From assembly GCA_051971635.1 (NCBI GenBank), contig JBFPLN010000004.1, forward strand, positions 87,478 through 151,477: a DNA stretch of 64,000 nucleotides. The letters are read 5' to 3'. A program made the translations under genes and the position numbers. Within the stretch, counting starts at the first letter, position 1. Each line of letters opens with the position of its first letter. Of the stretch, positions 33,004-44,951 are shown in pieces. The notes under the pieces are model-generated. The model made no database searches. It was not told the DNA's origin and saw only the letters and a list, made by a program, of their open reading frames with translations. This stretch comes from Candidatus Atelocyanobacterium thalassae. Lineage in GTDB: Bacteria > Cyanobacteriota > Cyanobacteriia > Cyanobacteriales > Microcystaceae.

Positions 33004-33939
33004 ATGAAATTAAATATAATTAAATGGAGACGAGTATGGTGGCTCATATCTTCAATAGTAATTATAAGTAGTATTATTGGGATGATTATTTCGTACTCCA
33101 AATTTAAAGCTCCTTTAAAATTAGGATTAGATTTTGTTGGAGGTACCAGGCTTCAATTACAACTAGAATGTGAGACGCAAAAAAAATGTATTGTACCAAT
33201 TGATACAAAGATAGTCCGAGATGTATTATCTACTAGAAATCTAGATGATAATACTATTCAAGTTCTAGAAAACAATACTCTTTCTATTCAAACTAAAGCA
33301 CTTGATGTAGAGGAAAGAACTGAGTTACAAAAAGAATTAAATGATAAAGTTGGAATCTTTAATTACGAAACAATTCAGATAGATACTGTAGGTCCTACTA
33401 TCGGCTGGGAACTTTTTAAATCTGGAATTTTGGCTTTGCTAGTATCTTTTTTAGGTATAGTTCTTTATTTAAGTGTTCGCTTCAAGATTGATTATGCATT
33501 TTTTGCTATCTTAGCGTTAGTACATGATGTTTTAATCACAGTTGGCTTTTTCTCTTTTCTAGGATTATTTGCTTCAATAGAAGTTAATAGCTTATTTTTG
33601 GTTTCTTTGTTAACTATAATAGGATTTTCTGTGAATGATACTGTTGTGATTTACGACCGTATTAGAGAAAATATAGATAGGTTTGGTGAAGAGCTTTCTT
33701 TAAGTGAAATAGTAAATAATTCTGTCAATCAAACTTTATCAAGATCCATTAATACTACTGCTACAACTTTGCTACCTCTTTTAAGTCTTTTCCTTTTTGG
33801 GGGGGAAACAATAAAGTATTTTGCTCTCGCTTTAATTTTAGGTTTTTCAGTAGGCTCTTATTCTAGTATTTTTATCGCAAGCACTTTACTTGCATGGTGG
33901 CGTGAGCCTAAGATATCAAATATCAAATCAATAAGTTAA
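33004..33939 (+). CDS. secF: Protein translocase subunit SecF
   Basis: GLDFVGGT, VGPTIG, HDVL, GFSVNDTVVIYDRIREN. Confidence 0.96.
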   Translation: MKLNIIKWRRVWWLISSIVIISSIIGMIISYSKFKAPLKLGLDFVGGTRLQLQLECETQKKCIVPIDTKIVRDVLSTRNLDDNTIQVLENNTLSIQTKALDVEERTELQKELNDKVGIFNYETIQIDTVGPTIGWELFKSGILALLVSFLGIVLYLSVRFKIDYAFFAILALVHDVLITVGFFSFLGLFASIEVNSLFLVSLLTIIGFSVNDTVVIYDRIRENIDRFGEELSLSEIVNNSVNQTLSRSINTTATTLLPLLSLFLFGGETIKYFALALILGFSVGSYSSIFIASTLLAWWREPKISNIKSIS

Positions 33940-34260
33940 GTAAGTTAATATTTAATATTGATAGATTGCTAAAGATATTAGAATACATTTTCTTTATTAT
34001 TAATTTCAAGAGCAATGAATTATTTCTGATAAATATAAATGCAATAACTTTTAATATGTTAAAAGCATCTCGTATTTAAATAAAATAATTTTAAGTTTAG
34101 TCTTATAAATTAAGCCTAAAAACTATATTTATAGATTAAACAACTCTTGCAAAAAGAACGACACAATTTATATAAAAATTGTTTATGTATCATAAATTTA
34201 TTTTTTCTATGGAAAAAAGTAGGTTTCTAGTATATAATAAGAGTCTGACTTATAAATTAA

Positions 34261-34347
34261 GGAGAGATGGCCGAGCGGTTGAAGGCGCAGCACTGGAAAT
34301 GCTGTTTAGGGGTAACTTTAACGAGGGTTCGAATCCCTCTCTCTCCG
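34261..34347 (+). tRNA. tRNA-Ser(GGA)
   Basis: GGAGAGA...TCTCTCC-G acceptor stem, anticodon arm CAGCA-CTGGAAA-TGCTG, long variable arm, GGTTCGAATCC; no encoded CCA. Confidence 0.97.
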
Positions 34348-34351
34348 TTTT

Positions 34352-34383
34352 TAAAAGCTAATTAATATATTAATTAGCTTTTA
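34352..34383. repeat. Perfect 32-bp palindrome directly after tRNA-Ser
   Basis: TAAAAGCTAATTAATA|TATTAATTAGCTTTTA. Confidence 0.85.
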
Positions 34384-34595
34384 TTTAATTTAATTCGTAA
34401 ATAAGTAAAGTTTTTGAAATATATTTTTATCTTAAATATTTTGCATTAATAATATGCGAACTAATAGATAGTCTAAATGTAAGAGAATATAAGTATAAAT
34501 TAGTGTTATTTAAAGAAAAGAAAGTTACTCAAGCTAAATTTTATTTCTAAATTAATATAGTCTTTGTTTTTTTAGCTATGTTCTATAATGAAACA

Positions 34596-35639
34596 TCATT
34601 TATAGAGTTTCATTATTTCGGAGATTTTTAGTCGAGATTGCACTTCAAGATTCCAAGAAGATTTACGACCTTGTGCCAAATGATCAGCAGCAGCGCAAGC
34701 TATCATAGCAGCATTATCTGTACATAGTTCAAGAGGAGGATAATAAATTTTTAAATCATACTTTTCAGCAGATTTTACAAGATGGCTTCTCAAGCCACTA
34801 TTAGCAGCGACACCTCCACCAATAGCAATACGACTTATGTTGTGGTCGGTAGCACATCTAATAGTTTTTTTAACTAACGAGGAGATTATTGTTTCTTGAA
34901 AACTCGCTGCTATATCAGCGACAGGTAAAGTACCATTTTGTTCTTTTTTGAATTTTTCTACTAGCCTTAAAACGGCTGTTTTAAGGCCGCTAAAACTTGA
35001 ATCATAAGGATGATATCCTCCTTGAGGCAAAGATATTCTACCTTCTGGCAAATTAAATTTTTTTGGATTACCTGTAGATGCTAACTTATCGATAATTGGA
35101 CCACCTGGATAGCCTAAGTTCAATAGACGAGCTACTTTATCAAAAGCTTCTCCAGCAGCATCATCACGAGTTGCTCCTAATTCTTTATAAAGTCCATAAT
35201 TTTCAACATGGATAAGACTAGTATGGCCTCCTGAAACTAACAAACAGAGGAATGGAGGTTTTAAATCAGTTTTGCATAGAAAATTTGCATAAATATGGCC
35301 TTCTAAATGATGGATACCTAAAAATGGTTTTTCATATATCATGGAGAGTGTCTTCGCAGCTGTTTCTCCTATCATCAATGCTCCGACAAGTCCTGGGGCG
35401 ACTGTCGCAGCAATTCCATCAATCTCATCCCAATCTAATTTTGCATTTTGTAAAGCCTGATCAATACAATGGTTAATATTTAGCAAATGTTCGCGAGATG
35501 CTACTTCAGGAACTATTCCCCCATAATGATTGTGAAGTTCATTTTGGCTGGCAACAATATTACTATAAATTTTTTTATCGTTAACAATAGCTACAGAAGT
35601 ATCATCACAACTAGTTTCAATAGCTAATATAGTTGCCAT
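34596..35639 (-). CDS. tsaD: tRNA t6A synthesis protein TsaD
   Basis: LAIETSCDDT, GGIVPEVASREH, HHLEGH, LVSGGHT, DDAAGEAFDK, CTDNAAMIA. Confidence 0.97.
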   Translation of the reverse strand: MATILAIETSCDDTSVAIVNDKKIYSNIVASQNELHNHYGGIVPEVASREHLLNINHCIDQALQNAKLDWDEIDGIAATVAPGLVGALMIGETAAKTLSMIYEKPFLGIHHLEGHIYANFLCKTDLKPPFLCLLVSGGHTSLIHVENYGLYKELGATRDDAAGEAFDKVARLLNLGYPGGPIIDKLASTGNPKKFNLPEGRISLPQGGYHPYDSSFSGLKTAVLRLVEKFKKEQNGTLPVADIAASFQETIISSLVKKTIRCATDHNISRIAIGGGVAANSGLRSHLVKSAEKYDLKIYYPPLELCTDNAAMIACAAADHLAQGRKSSWNLEVQSRLKISEIMKLYK

Positions 35640-35950
35640 AGTTATTAATATTATTTACTCTTTATATTACTTAAATAATAACTTAGAAAGTGTTGATAAG
35701 TTCTGAATGTTGTGAAAAATAAAAAAACAAGTTTATGAAATAAAATTTAGATATTAAGCTATTTACAAAGTAATCATTATTTTGGTTCTTAAAAGGTATT
35801 AAAAATAAAAGCTATAAAGTAAATAGAAATTATCAAGTATTTCAGACCCTTTAATAAATTATGAGTATGTATTATCCATAAAGAAGCAGAAGATAATTAA
35901 AATATATTGTTACACTTAGTAAAGATTAAAAAATATCAGCTATTAAAATC

Positions 35951-37114
35951 ATGGGTCGTGTTGGGGTTTTATTACTAAATTTGGGTGGGCCAGAACAATT
36001 AAAGGATGTTCGCCCTTTTCTCTTTAATTTGTTTTCTGATCCAGATATTGTACGCTTACCTTTTCCATGGCTACAAAAACCTTTAGCTTGGCTTATTTCT
36101 GCTTTAAGAACCAATAAATCTCAAAATAATTATCGTCAAATTGGAGGAGGTTCTCCACTAAGAAAAATAACGGAAGCTCAAGGAAAAGCACTTGCTAAAA
36201 AACTTGTAGAGTATGGAAAAAAAATAGATGTTTATGTAGGAATGCGTTACTGGCACCCTTTTACAGAAGAAGCTATTAGTTATATCAAGCATGATTGCCC
36301 AGATAAGTTAGTTATTCTTCCTCTATATCCACAATTTTCAATAAGTACAAGTGGCTCTAGTTTTCGTATGCTTGAGAAAATATGGCAAACTGATCCTGTA
36401 TTAAGACAAATTGAATATACTTTAATACCTTCTTGGTACGATAATCCTAACTATTTGAAAGCCATGGCCGATTTAATTATTAAAGAATTAAACAAGTGCT
36501 CTAACCCAGAACAAGTACATATTTTTTTCAGTGCTCATGGTGTACCACAAAGTTATGTAGAAGAGGCTGGAGATCCTTATCAAGCAGAAATTGAAGCTTG
36601 CACTCACTTGTTAATGAGTACAATCAATCGCTCAAATGCTTATACCTTAGCTTATCAAAGTAAAGTTGGCCCAGTAGAATGGTTAAAGCCATATGCTGAA
36701 GATGCTCTTCAGGCATTAGGAGGACAAGGGATAAAAGATTTACTAGTAGTTCCCATTAGTTTTGTTTCTGAACATATTGAAACTCTTCAAGAAATTGATA
36801 TTGAATATCGTGAAGCTGCTGAAAAAGCAGGAATTTATAATTTCTCTAGAGTTCCAGCTTTAAATACGCATCCTATTTTCATAGATGCTTTAGCTGAGTT
36901 GGTTATCCATTCTTTGGAAAAGCCTCCAGTTACTTTTAAATGCATAACTCATCCAAGAGAAAATATTGTAATATATCCTAAAAAGTCCTGGCAATGGGGT
37001 ATAACGAATACTGCAGAAGTGTGGAATGGTAGATTGGCTATGTTAGGATTTATTGGTCTTTTGTTTGAATTAATAAGTGGACATGGCATCCTACATTATT
37101 TAGGAATTTTATAA
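35951..37114 (+). CDS. hemH: Ferrochelatase with C-terminal CAB/HLIP domain
   Basis: LLNLGGP, PLYPQFS.ST, FSAHG.P, SEHIETL.EID; C-terminal [13 protein letters not shown]. Confidence 0.96.
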   Translation: MGRVGVLLLNLGGPEQLKDVRPFLFNLFSDPDIVRLPFPWLQKPLAWLISALRTNKSQNNYRQIGGGSPLRKITEAQGKALAKKLVEYGKKIDVYVGMRYWHPFTEEAISYIKHDCPDKLVILPLYPQFSISTSGSSFRMLEKIWQTDPVLRQIEYTLIPSWYDNPNYLKAMADLIIKELNKCSNPEQVHIFFSAHGVPQSYVEEAGDPYQAEIEACTHLLMSTINRSNAYTLAYQSKVGPVEWLKPYAEDALQALGGQGIKDLLVVPISFVSEHIETLQEIDIEYREAAEKAGIYNFSRVPALNTHPIFIDALAELVIHSLEKPPVTFKCITHPRENIVIYPKKSWQWGITNTAEVWNGRLAMLGFIGLLFELISGHGILHYLGIL

Positions 37115-37182
37115 AAGAATGTACTATCTGATTCTAACTTTCTAGTTAAGTAGATAACATAAATCGTTTCACTTTATTATTT

Positions 37183-38076
37183 TTATAAATGATATATGTT
37201 GTTTGTAATAATTCCCGCTAATAATATTAAACCTAAATATACATTTTCTTTAAAAATTTGTTCATATAATTTCTGTGAAATACTAGGAGATCTTAAGAGA
37301 ATACATTGTCTGGACCACATTGCTGAAGCTATGAACCATGATATCCAGAAGAAGAAATTTAATTGCATAATTATTGCTAAATAAGCCCAGAGAAGTGCTG
37401 TAAAAGCAAAAATATAGGTTATGACATTTTCTACGTGTCGGCCAAAAAACAGAGCACTGGAATTAATACCAATCTCTCTATCATCGTCTCTATCAGACAT
37501 TGCGTAAACTGTATCAAAACCTAATGTCCAGAGAACAGTTATCGTCCATAAAATAAAAGTATGAAATTCCAACTTTTGAGTTACTGAAGTCCAGCTAATG
37601 AGAACTGCAAATCCCCAGGATAAAGATAAAACTAATTGAGGAATTGGAAAAAACTTTTTTGCTAGAGGGTAGCAGACGATAAATGGTACAGCTAAAATAC
37701 ATAACCAAAAACTTAAAGTATTTAAATAAAGGGATAAAACTAATGCACAGGTTAAAGAAATAAAAGCAGTGACAATACCAACTTTAATAGATAAAGTTCG
37801 TGATGCAAGAGGACGATTTTTAGTCCTCTTTACTTGGGGATCAATATTTCTGTCCCAAAGATCATTAATGACACATCCTGCTGCACTAGTGGATAATGAT
37901 CCTAATATAATAATTAGTATCAAAGATGATGGAGGAAAACCTTCTGATGCTAAAAAAATCGCCCATAAAGCAGGGATCATTAAAATTAATCTTCCCGTAG
38001 GTTTATCCCATCTTAATAACTGAATGATGGATAGCCAGGTAGATTTTGTTGTAAACAGAAATTGAGAATTTGACAT
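37183..38076 (-). CDS. ubiA: 4-hydroxybenzoate solanesyl/polyprenyltransferase (plastoquinone pathway)
   Basis: LLRWDKP.GRLILM, GCVINDLWDRNID.QV.RT..RPLAS, DTVYAMSDRDDD. Confidence 0.9.
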   Translation of the reverse strand: MSNSQFLFTTKSTWLSIIQLLRWDKPTGRLILMIPALWAIFLASEGFPPSSLILIIILGSLSTSAAGCVINDLWDRNIDPQVKRTKNRPLASRTLSIKVGIVTAFISLTCALVLSLYLNTLSFWLCILAVPFIVCYPLAKKFFPIPQLVLSLSWGFAVLISWTSVTQKLEFHTFILWTITVLWTLGFDTVYAMSDRDDDREIGINSSALFFGRHVENVITYIFAFTALLWAYLAIIMQLNFFFWISWFIASAMWSRQCILLRSPSISQKLYEQIFKENVYLGLILLAGIITNNIYHL

Positions 38077-38538
38077 ATTCTTTAAGTCTAATGCTATTAT
38101 TTTGTATGGAAATTATTTTAAATATAAATCAAAATTTAAAATATAAAAGTTTTCTAGCTTTATATTATCTATAAGTCTTTTATTTCAAAAGATTGGTAGA
38201 AATCAAGTGATTTCTTGCAAAGAAGAAGATTTTTGAAAAATATTTTATGTAACAAAAATTATACTTTTAATCCATATTAAAAACATAATTTAATGTATTC
38301 TTTTCGTAGTAATTTAAATCTACAAAATAATAAAGTTTTTATACTCAAGATTTTGAATTAGCGTAAGCTTAAAAAGATCCTAACCTAAATTATTAATATA
38401 ATATCTACGATACTAATAATAAGTGATTATCTATTTTTTTCAAAAATATATTAATATATGTTTAATTAATTTATAGTTTACTGTACTTGATTAAAAAAAA
38501 GTCTTAATAAAAAATAACTGTTTATCAAATAAGTTAAG

Positions 38539-40986
38539 ATGATTTCTGAAAGTTCTTATTGGGTTCGTTTAGACAAAGCCTTATCAATTGAGATAGAAAG
38601 AGGGTTTATTAATATACAAGGTGAGCAATATCAATTCAGTGAATATTTATGTCTTAATTTTGGTCAATCACCACCTGCAAAAACATCTAATACTAAAAGA
38701 GAACGTTGGCTAAGATTTGCTTCACAATACGCTATTTATTCTAAGTTAACTTTACCCCAAAGAAAAGAGTTAGTCATTCAAACTCGCCAATTTTTATATC
38801 AATTAAAACAAGACCTTGATATATCCGTTAAACATTCCCATTATAAGCAACCAAAAACAAGTACCTTAATTGATGTAGAATCCAAATCTATATTATGTAA
38901 TGAGCTCAATTTAGAAGGAGATTTAGGTGCCGTACAAGGAATAAGCCTTCGAAAGGCAGAGTTGTTACACAAAATAGGATTAGGAACAGTTAGAGATTTA
39001 TTATTTTATTATCCTAGAGACTATATCGACTATGCTCGTCAGGTAACAATTTCAAATATTAAAGAAGGAGAAACTGTTACCATAATTGGAAGAGTGAAGA
39101 AATGTCATTTTTTTACTAGTTCTAAAAATAAGAAACTGAGTATTTTAGAATTAATTTTGCAAGACCATACAGGAGAAATAAGATTAAATAGATTTTTTTC
39201 AGGCAATAGGTTTACCAATAAAGGATGGCAGGAAAAACAAAAGAGAAATTATATTCGGTCTACTATAATAGCAGTATCTGGATTGGTTAAACAAAATCGT
39301 TATGGTTTAACTGTAGATGACCCAGAAATAGAAATCTTAGATAACTTTAATGCAAGTATTAAATCTTGGAATATAGGTCGTATTTTACCTGTATATTCTT
39401 TAACAGAAGGAATCGGTAATGATTTGATTCGTAAAATAATTATTGCTAATTTAAATTCTGCTAAAACGATACTAGATCCTTTACCAATATTACTTAAAAG
39501 TAAATATGATTTAATGAATTTAAAAGACGCTTTAATAAATATTCATTTTCCGAAAAGTCTAGATTTTTTAGAGCGTGCAAGACGACGCTTAATATTTGAT
39601 GAATTTTTTTATTTACAATTAGGATTTTTGAAACGCCGGCAAGAAAGAAAAATATTAAAAGATATTAATTCTTTTACGCCTAATAAATATCTAACTCACC
39701 AATTCAATAAATTTTTACCTTTTCAATTAACGAAATCTCAAAAAAGAGTAATAAATGAAATAATTAAAGATTTAGAATCATTACAATCAATGAACCGTCT
39801 TCTGCAAGGAGATGTCGGTTCAGGAAAGACTATCGTCGCAATTTTTGCGATATTAACTGTTATCGAATCTGGGTATCAAGTTGCGTTAATGGCTCCAACA
39901 GAGGTGTTAGCAGAACAGCATTACGAGAAAATAATATCATATTTTAATCAGTTATATCTGTCTGCTGAATTATTAACAGGATCTACAAAAAAATCTAAAA
40001 GATATGAGATTTATCATCAATTAATTACAGGTGAGTTACCACTAATTATAGGAACTCATACATTAATACAAGAACAAATAAATTTTAAAAAACTAGGTCT
40101 TATTATTATTGATGAGCAACATAGATTTGGAGTTGAACAAAGAACTAAGCTTTTAAATAAGGGCCAATCTCCTCATGTTTTAAGCATGACGGCGACTCCT
40201 ATTCCACGTACTTTGGCATTAACTTTGCATGGAGATTTAGATATAAGTCAAATTGATGAATTACCTCCTGAAAGAAAAGCTATAGAAACTAAAGTTGTAA
40301 TAGGGAGTAAAAAGCAGAGAGCTTACGATCTAATAAGCCAAGAAGTTATATACGGAAGACAAGCTTATATAGTTTTTCCTATGATTGAAGAATCTGAAAA
40401 ATTAGATATAAAAGCTGCAATAGAAGAACACAAAAAGCTTTCAGAAGAAATTTTTCCTAGTCTAAATATCGGCCTATTACATGGACGAATAAATGCTTCA
40501 GAAAAAAACAAAATCTTGAATGACTTTCGTCATAATAAATATCAAATTATGGTTTCAACAACTGTTATAGAGGTTGGAGTTGATGTTCCTAATGCAACAG
40601 TAATATTAATTGAAAATGCAGAAAGATTTGGGCTATCTCAGTTACACCAATTGAGAGGAAGAGTTGGTAGAGGGAGCTTTAGATCTCATTGCTTTTTAAT
40701 TACTAGCAGTAAAAATCCTAATATATTAGAGAAATTGAGCGTATTAGAGCAATCTCAAGATGGTTTTTTTATATCAGAAATGGATTTAAAACTTCGTGGG
40801 CCAGGAACTATCTTAGGAACTCGTCAATCTGGCTTGCCAGATTTTGCTTTAGCAAGTCTAGCAGAGAATAAAGAAATTCTTGAATTATCAAAACTAATAG
40901 CTGAAAAAATAATACTATCAGACATTAAACTAAATAGTTTTCCACTCTTGAAAAAAGAACTAGAGTACCGAAGTATTAAACTATAA
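38539..40986 (+). CDS. recG: ATP-dependent DNA helicase RecG
   Basis: RLLQGDVGSGKT, DEQHRFGV.QR, MTATPIPRTL, QLHQLRGRVGRG, GTRQSG. Confidence 0.96.
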   Translation: MISESSYWVRLDKALSIEIERGFINIQGEQYQFSEYLCLNFGQSPPAKTSNTKRERWLRFASQYAIYSKLTLPQRKELVIQTRQFLYQLKQDLDISVKHSHYKQPKTSTLIDVESKSILCNELNLEGDLGAVQGISLRKAELLHKIGLGTVRDLLFYYPRDYIDYARQVTISNIKEGETVTIIGRVKKCHFFTSSKNKKLSILELILQDHTGEIRLNRFFSGNRFTNKGWQEKQKRNYIRSTIIAVSGLVKQNRYGLTVDDPEIEILDNFNASIKSWNIGRILPVYSLTEGIGNDLIRKIIIANLNSAKTILDPLPILLKSKYDLMNLKDALINIHFPKSLDFLERARRRLIFDEFFYLQLGFLKRRQERKILKDINSFTPNKYLTHQFNKFLPFQLTKSQKRVINEIIKDLESLQSMNRLLQGDVGSGKTIVAIFAILTVIESGYQVALMAPTEVLAEQHYEKIISYFNQLYLSAELLTGSTKKSKRYEIYHQLITGELPLIIGTHTLIQEQINFKKLGLIIIDEQHRFGVEQRTKLLNKGQSPHVLSMTATPIPRTLALTLHGDLDISQIDELPPERKAIETKVVIGSKKQRAYDLISQEVIYGRQAYIVFPMIEESEKLDIKAAIEEHKKLSEEIFPSLNIGLLHGRINASEKNKILNDFRHNKYQIMVSTTVIEVGVDVPNATVILIENAERFGLSQLHQLRGRVGRGSFRSHCFLITSSKNPNILEKLSVLEQSQDGFFISEMDLKLRGPGTILGTRQSGLPDFALASLAENKEILELSKLIAEKIILSDIKLNSFPLLKKELEYRSIKL

Positions 40987-41249
40987 AGAATATTAAAATT
41001 TAGCTTTGTTTAAGTTTATAGCTAAAAAATTTTATCTTTATTACTCTTTATTAATAACATTCAAGGGTTAGTCCGCATTTAAATATACTTTATGCTAGCA
41101 TTTGAGAAAAGTTCTCATATAGGTTTTTTGAATTTTTGTTAAGATAAATTTTATATTTATCAGATAAATTTTTTTAAAAGTAAAACTATAATTATTTTCA
41201 ATTTTAAGTCTAAATATTTTGAGGAAAAAGTAGAGGATAAAATTAAGAT

Positions 41250-42350
41250 ATGATTATGAGTAAAACAAGTGACGTTATTGTCATTGGTGGTGGCATTATT
41301 GGAATGTCTATCGCGATTGATCTTAAGTTACAAGGTATATCTGTCACTGTATGTAATAAAAACTTCCCTCAATTAGCTTCGCCCGCAGCAGCAGGAATGT
41401 TAGCTCCTTATGCTGAACGTTTATTGCCGGGTCCTTTACTAGATCTATGCTTAAAATCTCGTTGGCTGTATCCTAATTGGATACAAAAAATTCAAAATTT
41501 TACTAATCTAGATTTGCGATATGAGCACTGTGGATCACTTGCTCCAGTTTATGAGACATCTCAAGATAAGGCTTCTAAATGTTCCACAGGTCAATGGTTA
41601 GATGAAAAAAATATCCATCTTTATCAACCAGGACTAGGAGATAGTGTAAAAGGTGGCTGGTTATATCCTGATGATGGACAAGTGGATAATAGACAGTTGC
41701 TACATGGCGTTTACCAAGCAGCCAGGATATTAGGAGTTGATATCAAGAATGAGGTGGTCGTTCATAGCTTACTTCGTGAGCGGAACAAAATTATTGGAAT
41801 ATCTACAAACAGAGGTAATCTTAAGGCTAATACTTATATTGTAGCGGGTGGAGCCTGGATTAATAAATTTTTAACTCTACCTGTTCGTCCTCTTAAGGGA
41901 CAAATGCTTTCCGTAAAAATACCTAAACAATACCTTTTGCAAAAAATATTATATGGAACGCAAGTATATTTAGTACCACGTAAGAATAGATACCTAATTA
42001 TCGGAGCTACCTCAGAAGATATAGGGTGGATACCTGGCAACACATCTAAAGGGATAGAAAGTCTGATTAAGGAATCAATAAAACTTTTTCCAGATATAGT
42101 TAAGTGGCCAATTCAAGAATTTTGGTGGGGCTATCGTCCTGTAACTCCTGATAAATTACCTATTTTGGGCTATTATGATTATGATAATCTAATTGTTGCT
42201 ACAGGACATTATCGCAATGGGATTCTCCTTGCTCCTGCAACAGCTTCTTTGATTTCAGAGTTAGTAATTAACAAAAAAAATGATCCACTTCTGACAAATT
42301 TTAGTGGTAATCGATTTAAGAATAAATCTTTTTCTCTCCAACATTTATGA
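41250..42350 (+). CDS. thiO: Glycine oxidase ThiO
   Basis: GGGIIG FAD motif, [27 protein letters not shown]. Confidence 0.92.
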   Translation: MIMSKTSDVIVIGGGIIGMSIAIDLKLQGISVTVCNKNFPQLASPAAAGMLAPYAERLLPGPLLDLCLKSRWLYPNWIQKIQNFTNLDLRYEHCGSLAPVYETSQDKASKCSTGQWLDEKNIHLYQPGLGDSVKGGWLYPDDGQVDNRQLLHGVYQAARILGVDIKNEVVVHSLLRERNKIIGISTNRGNLKANTYIVAGGAWINKFLTLPVRPLKGQMLSVKIPKQYLLQKILYGTQVYLVPRKNRYLIIGATSEDIGWIPGNTSKGIESLIKESIKLFPDIVKWPIQEFWWGYRPVTPDKLPILGYYDYDNLIVATGHYRNGILLAPATASLISELVINKKNDPLLTNFSGNRFKNKSFSLQHL

Positions 42351-43189
42351 CTTTTTCTAAACCTATTAATGCTACCGGTTATAGCAATAACTCTTTGCCT
42401 TCTGATGAACTAATTATAGCTAAGCGTAAATTTAGTTCGCGTTTAATGACTGGGACAGGTAAATATTCTGATATTTCTCTTATGAAAAAATGTATATCAG
42501 CTAGTCACTGTGAAATTGTAACAGTTGCAGTTAGAAGAGTACAAACCGAGGCTCCTGGTCATAAGGGACTTGCAGAATCCATAGATTGGACAAAAATATG
42601 GATGCTACCAAATACAGCTGGTTGTGAAACAGGAGATGAAGCTATTAGGGTTGCAAGATTGGGTAGAGAAATGGCTAAATTACTAGGTCAGGAAGATAAC
42701 AATTTTGTTAAATTAGAAGTTATCCCTGACCCTAAGTATTTACTCCCTGATCCTGTTGAAACACTAAATGCAGCCACACAACTAGTGAAAGAAGGGTTTG
42801 CTGTTCTTCCTTATATCAATGCTGATCCTATCTTAGCAAAACGATTAGAGGAGATAGGATGTGTTACTATTATGCCCCTCGGATCACCAATAGGTTCAGG
42901 ACAAGGTATACGAAATCAAGCTAATATATCAATCATAATAGCAGAAGCCAATATTCCTGTAATTATAGATGCTGGAATAGGAACTCCTAGTCAAGCATCT
43001 CAAGCTATGGAAATGGGTGCTGATGCTGTTCTTATTAACAGTGCGATCGCACTGTCTCAAAACCCTTTATATATGGCCGAAGCTATGGGACTAGCGACAA
43101 AAGCAGGAAGATTGGCTTATTTAGGAGGACGCATGCCTATAAAATATTATGCAGAAGCTAGTTCTCCTTTAGCTGGTACAGTTACTTAA
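42347..43189 (+). CDS. thiG: Thiazole synthase
   Basis: [48 protein letters not shown] overlap with thiO. Confidence 0.96.
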   Translation: MTFSKPINATGYSNNSLPSDELIIAKRKFSSRLMTGTGKYSDISLMKKCISASHCEIVTVAVRRVQTEAPGHKGLAESIDWTKIWMLPNTAGCETGDEAIRVARLGREMAKLLGQEDNNFVKLEVIPDPKYLLPDPVETLNAATQLVKEGFAVLPYINADPILAKRLEEIGCVTIMPLGSPIGSGQGIRNQANISIIIAEANIPVIIDAGIGTPSQASQAMEMGADAVLINSAIALSQNPLYMAEAMGLATKAGRLAYLGGRMPIKYYAEASSPLAGTVT

Positions 43190-43258
43190 GTCTAATTGTG
43201 TGGTTAATCTATATGTAGAACTGATCTATAATAGATTTTCAACTATTAATTAATTAGA

Positions 43259-44482
43259 TTATGGTTCTACCCAACGTCCATCAGCTTTGATTAAGTTGAT
43301 TAGTTCTTCTACTCCTTTATCTTCTGGCACCTTTTTAATTTCTTCTTGTCCTCGATATAAAGATATATATCCAGGCTGTTTCCCTACATATCCATAATCT
43401 GCATCTGCCATTTCTCCGGGACCATTTACAATGCAACCCATTACAGCAATATCTAATCCTGTAAGATGCTGGGTTGCATTACGTACTTTTTGTAGAACAT
43501 TTTCTAAATTAAATAAAGTACGACCACAAGATGGACAAGCAATATACTCCACCATAGTCTTGCGCAGTCCTAGTGACTGGAGGATACCATAACAAACAGA
43601 AATTTCTTTTTCAGGAGACTCAGTTAAAGATACTCTGAGAGTATCTCCTATTGACTCTGCCAAAAGTGTTGCTATGCCAGCAGTTGATTTAATACGACCA
43701 TACTCTCCATCACCAGCTTCTGTAACTCCTAAATGTAGTGGATAATTCATACCCAACTCATCCATTCGCTTAACCATTAACCGATATGCTCCTAGCATAG
43801 TGGGTACTCGAGATGCTTTTAAAGAAACTACTATATTGTAAAATTCTAAAGACTCACAAATACGAATAAATTCTAGAGCAGATTCAACCATGCCTAAAGG
43901 GGTATCGCCATAAGTGAATAGCATTCTTTCCGCTAACGATCCATGGTTAACCCCAATTCTCATCGCTTTACCTTGATCTCTTAATGAAATTATCAAAGGT
44001 TCTAAAGTTTTTCTTATTTTCTCTCCAATTTCTACAAATTCTTTTTGACTATAACCATCACGATTTATATTATGTTTTTCGAATACATATAGTCCTGGAT
44101 TAATACGAACTTTATCAACATGTTTAGCAACTTCTAGGGCTATTTTTAAGCCATTATGATGCACGTCAGCAACTAAAGGTACAGGCTGATAGACCTGACT
44201 TAGCCTATTTTTAATTTCTGCTAATGCTCTGGCATGGGCCATGCTAGGTACTGTAACCCTAACAATTTCACAACCAATTTCGTGTAATTTACGAATAGCA
44301 TTAACAGAACTCTCAACATTAAGCGTATCTTCATTTATCATCGACTGTACAACAACGGGGAAATCTCCCCCAATAGTTATATTCCCGACTTTAACTGGAC
44401 GAGTTTGACGACGGCGAATTGTAGTATCAATTTCTTGTTTAGAAACATTTTCGATAATCTTAGAGGTTTCTAAAGTATTCAT
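43259..44482 (-). CDS. ispG: (E)-4-hydroxy-3-methylbut-2-enyl-diphosphate synthase
   Basis: [44 protein letters not shown]. Confidence 0.96.
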   Translation of the reverse strand: MNTLETSKIIENVSKQEIDTTIRRRQTRPVKVGNITIGGDFPVVVQSMINEDTLNVESSVNAIRKLHEIGCEIVRVTVPSMAHARALAEIKNRLSQVYQPVPLVADVHHNGLKIALEVAKHVDKVRINPGLYVFEKHNINRDGYSQKEFVEIGEKIRKTLEPLIISLRDQGKAMRIGVNHGSLAERMLFTYGDTPLGMVESALEFIRICESLEFYNIVVSLKASRVPTMLGAYRLMVKRMDELGMNYPLHLGVTEAGDGEYGRIKSTAGIATLLAESIGDTLRVSLTESPEKEISVCYGILQSLGLRKTMVEYIACPSCGRTLFNLENVLQKVRNATQHLTGLDIAVMGCIVNGPGEMADADYGYVGKQPGYISLYRGQEEIKKVPEDKGVEELINLIKADGRWVEP

Positions 44483-44698
44483 AGTTAATAATATTCAACG
44501 TACTAAATAATAATAAAGCAAAAATAACATATGCTTAGATATTGCATATATTTTAGCCTAGCTATTTTATAAAAAAAAATATTAGCCTTGATTATCCTAT
44601 CTGATTAGGAGTTAATCTGTTTTGATTCGATATTAAATTAACATAAAAGTTATTTTGATAACTAATTTATCTGTATGAAATTTTGAAGACACAACAAA

Positions 44699-44785
44699 CG
44701 GAGAGGGAGGGATTCGAACCCTCGATAGGCGTTAGCCTATAACTTCTTAGCAGGAAGCCGCTTTCAACCGCTCAGCCACCTCTCC
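44699..44785 (-). tRNA. tRNA-Ser(GCT)
   Basis: Reverse complement GGAGAGGTGGCTGAGCGGTTGAAAGCG-GCTTC-CTGCTAA-GAAGT-(variable arm)-GAGGGTTCGAATCCCTC-CCTCTCCG; no encoded CCA. Confidence 0.97.
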
Positions 44786-44901
44786 AGGATACAATAAACA
44801 ATCATAACAGATAAATAGTTTTTTAGGGTAATATTTCGATAATATATTTCCTTATTTTTTTTTTTATTAAGTATTACAACATCATTATCAGACCCAGCGT
44901 C

Positions 44902-44945
44902 TTGACCTTTTAGGATTAAAGAGTATAGTTATTTTTCCAGGAGGA
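44902..44945 (+). promoter_or_regulatory. Putative sigma70-type promoter and RBS of psaK
   Basis: TTGACC-16 nt-TATAGT; GGAGG just upstream of ATG 44952. Confidence 0.4.
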
Positions 44946-44951
44946 CAAATT

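Noticed and set aside
34179..34361. 60-aa ORF
   Set aside because: Runs through the tRNA-Ser gene; spurious.
36960..37114. CAB/HLIP domain fused to ferrochelatase
   Set aside because: Standard feature of cyanobacterial HemH, not novel.
40940..41010. RecG C-terminus possibly a few residues shorter than homologues
   Set aside because: All helicase motifs are intact; the difference is small and cannot be verified without an alignment.
40987..41249. Possible TPP riboswitch upstream of thiO-thiG
   Set aside because: No CTGAGA/aptamer core or GC-rich structure found.
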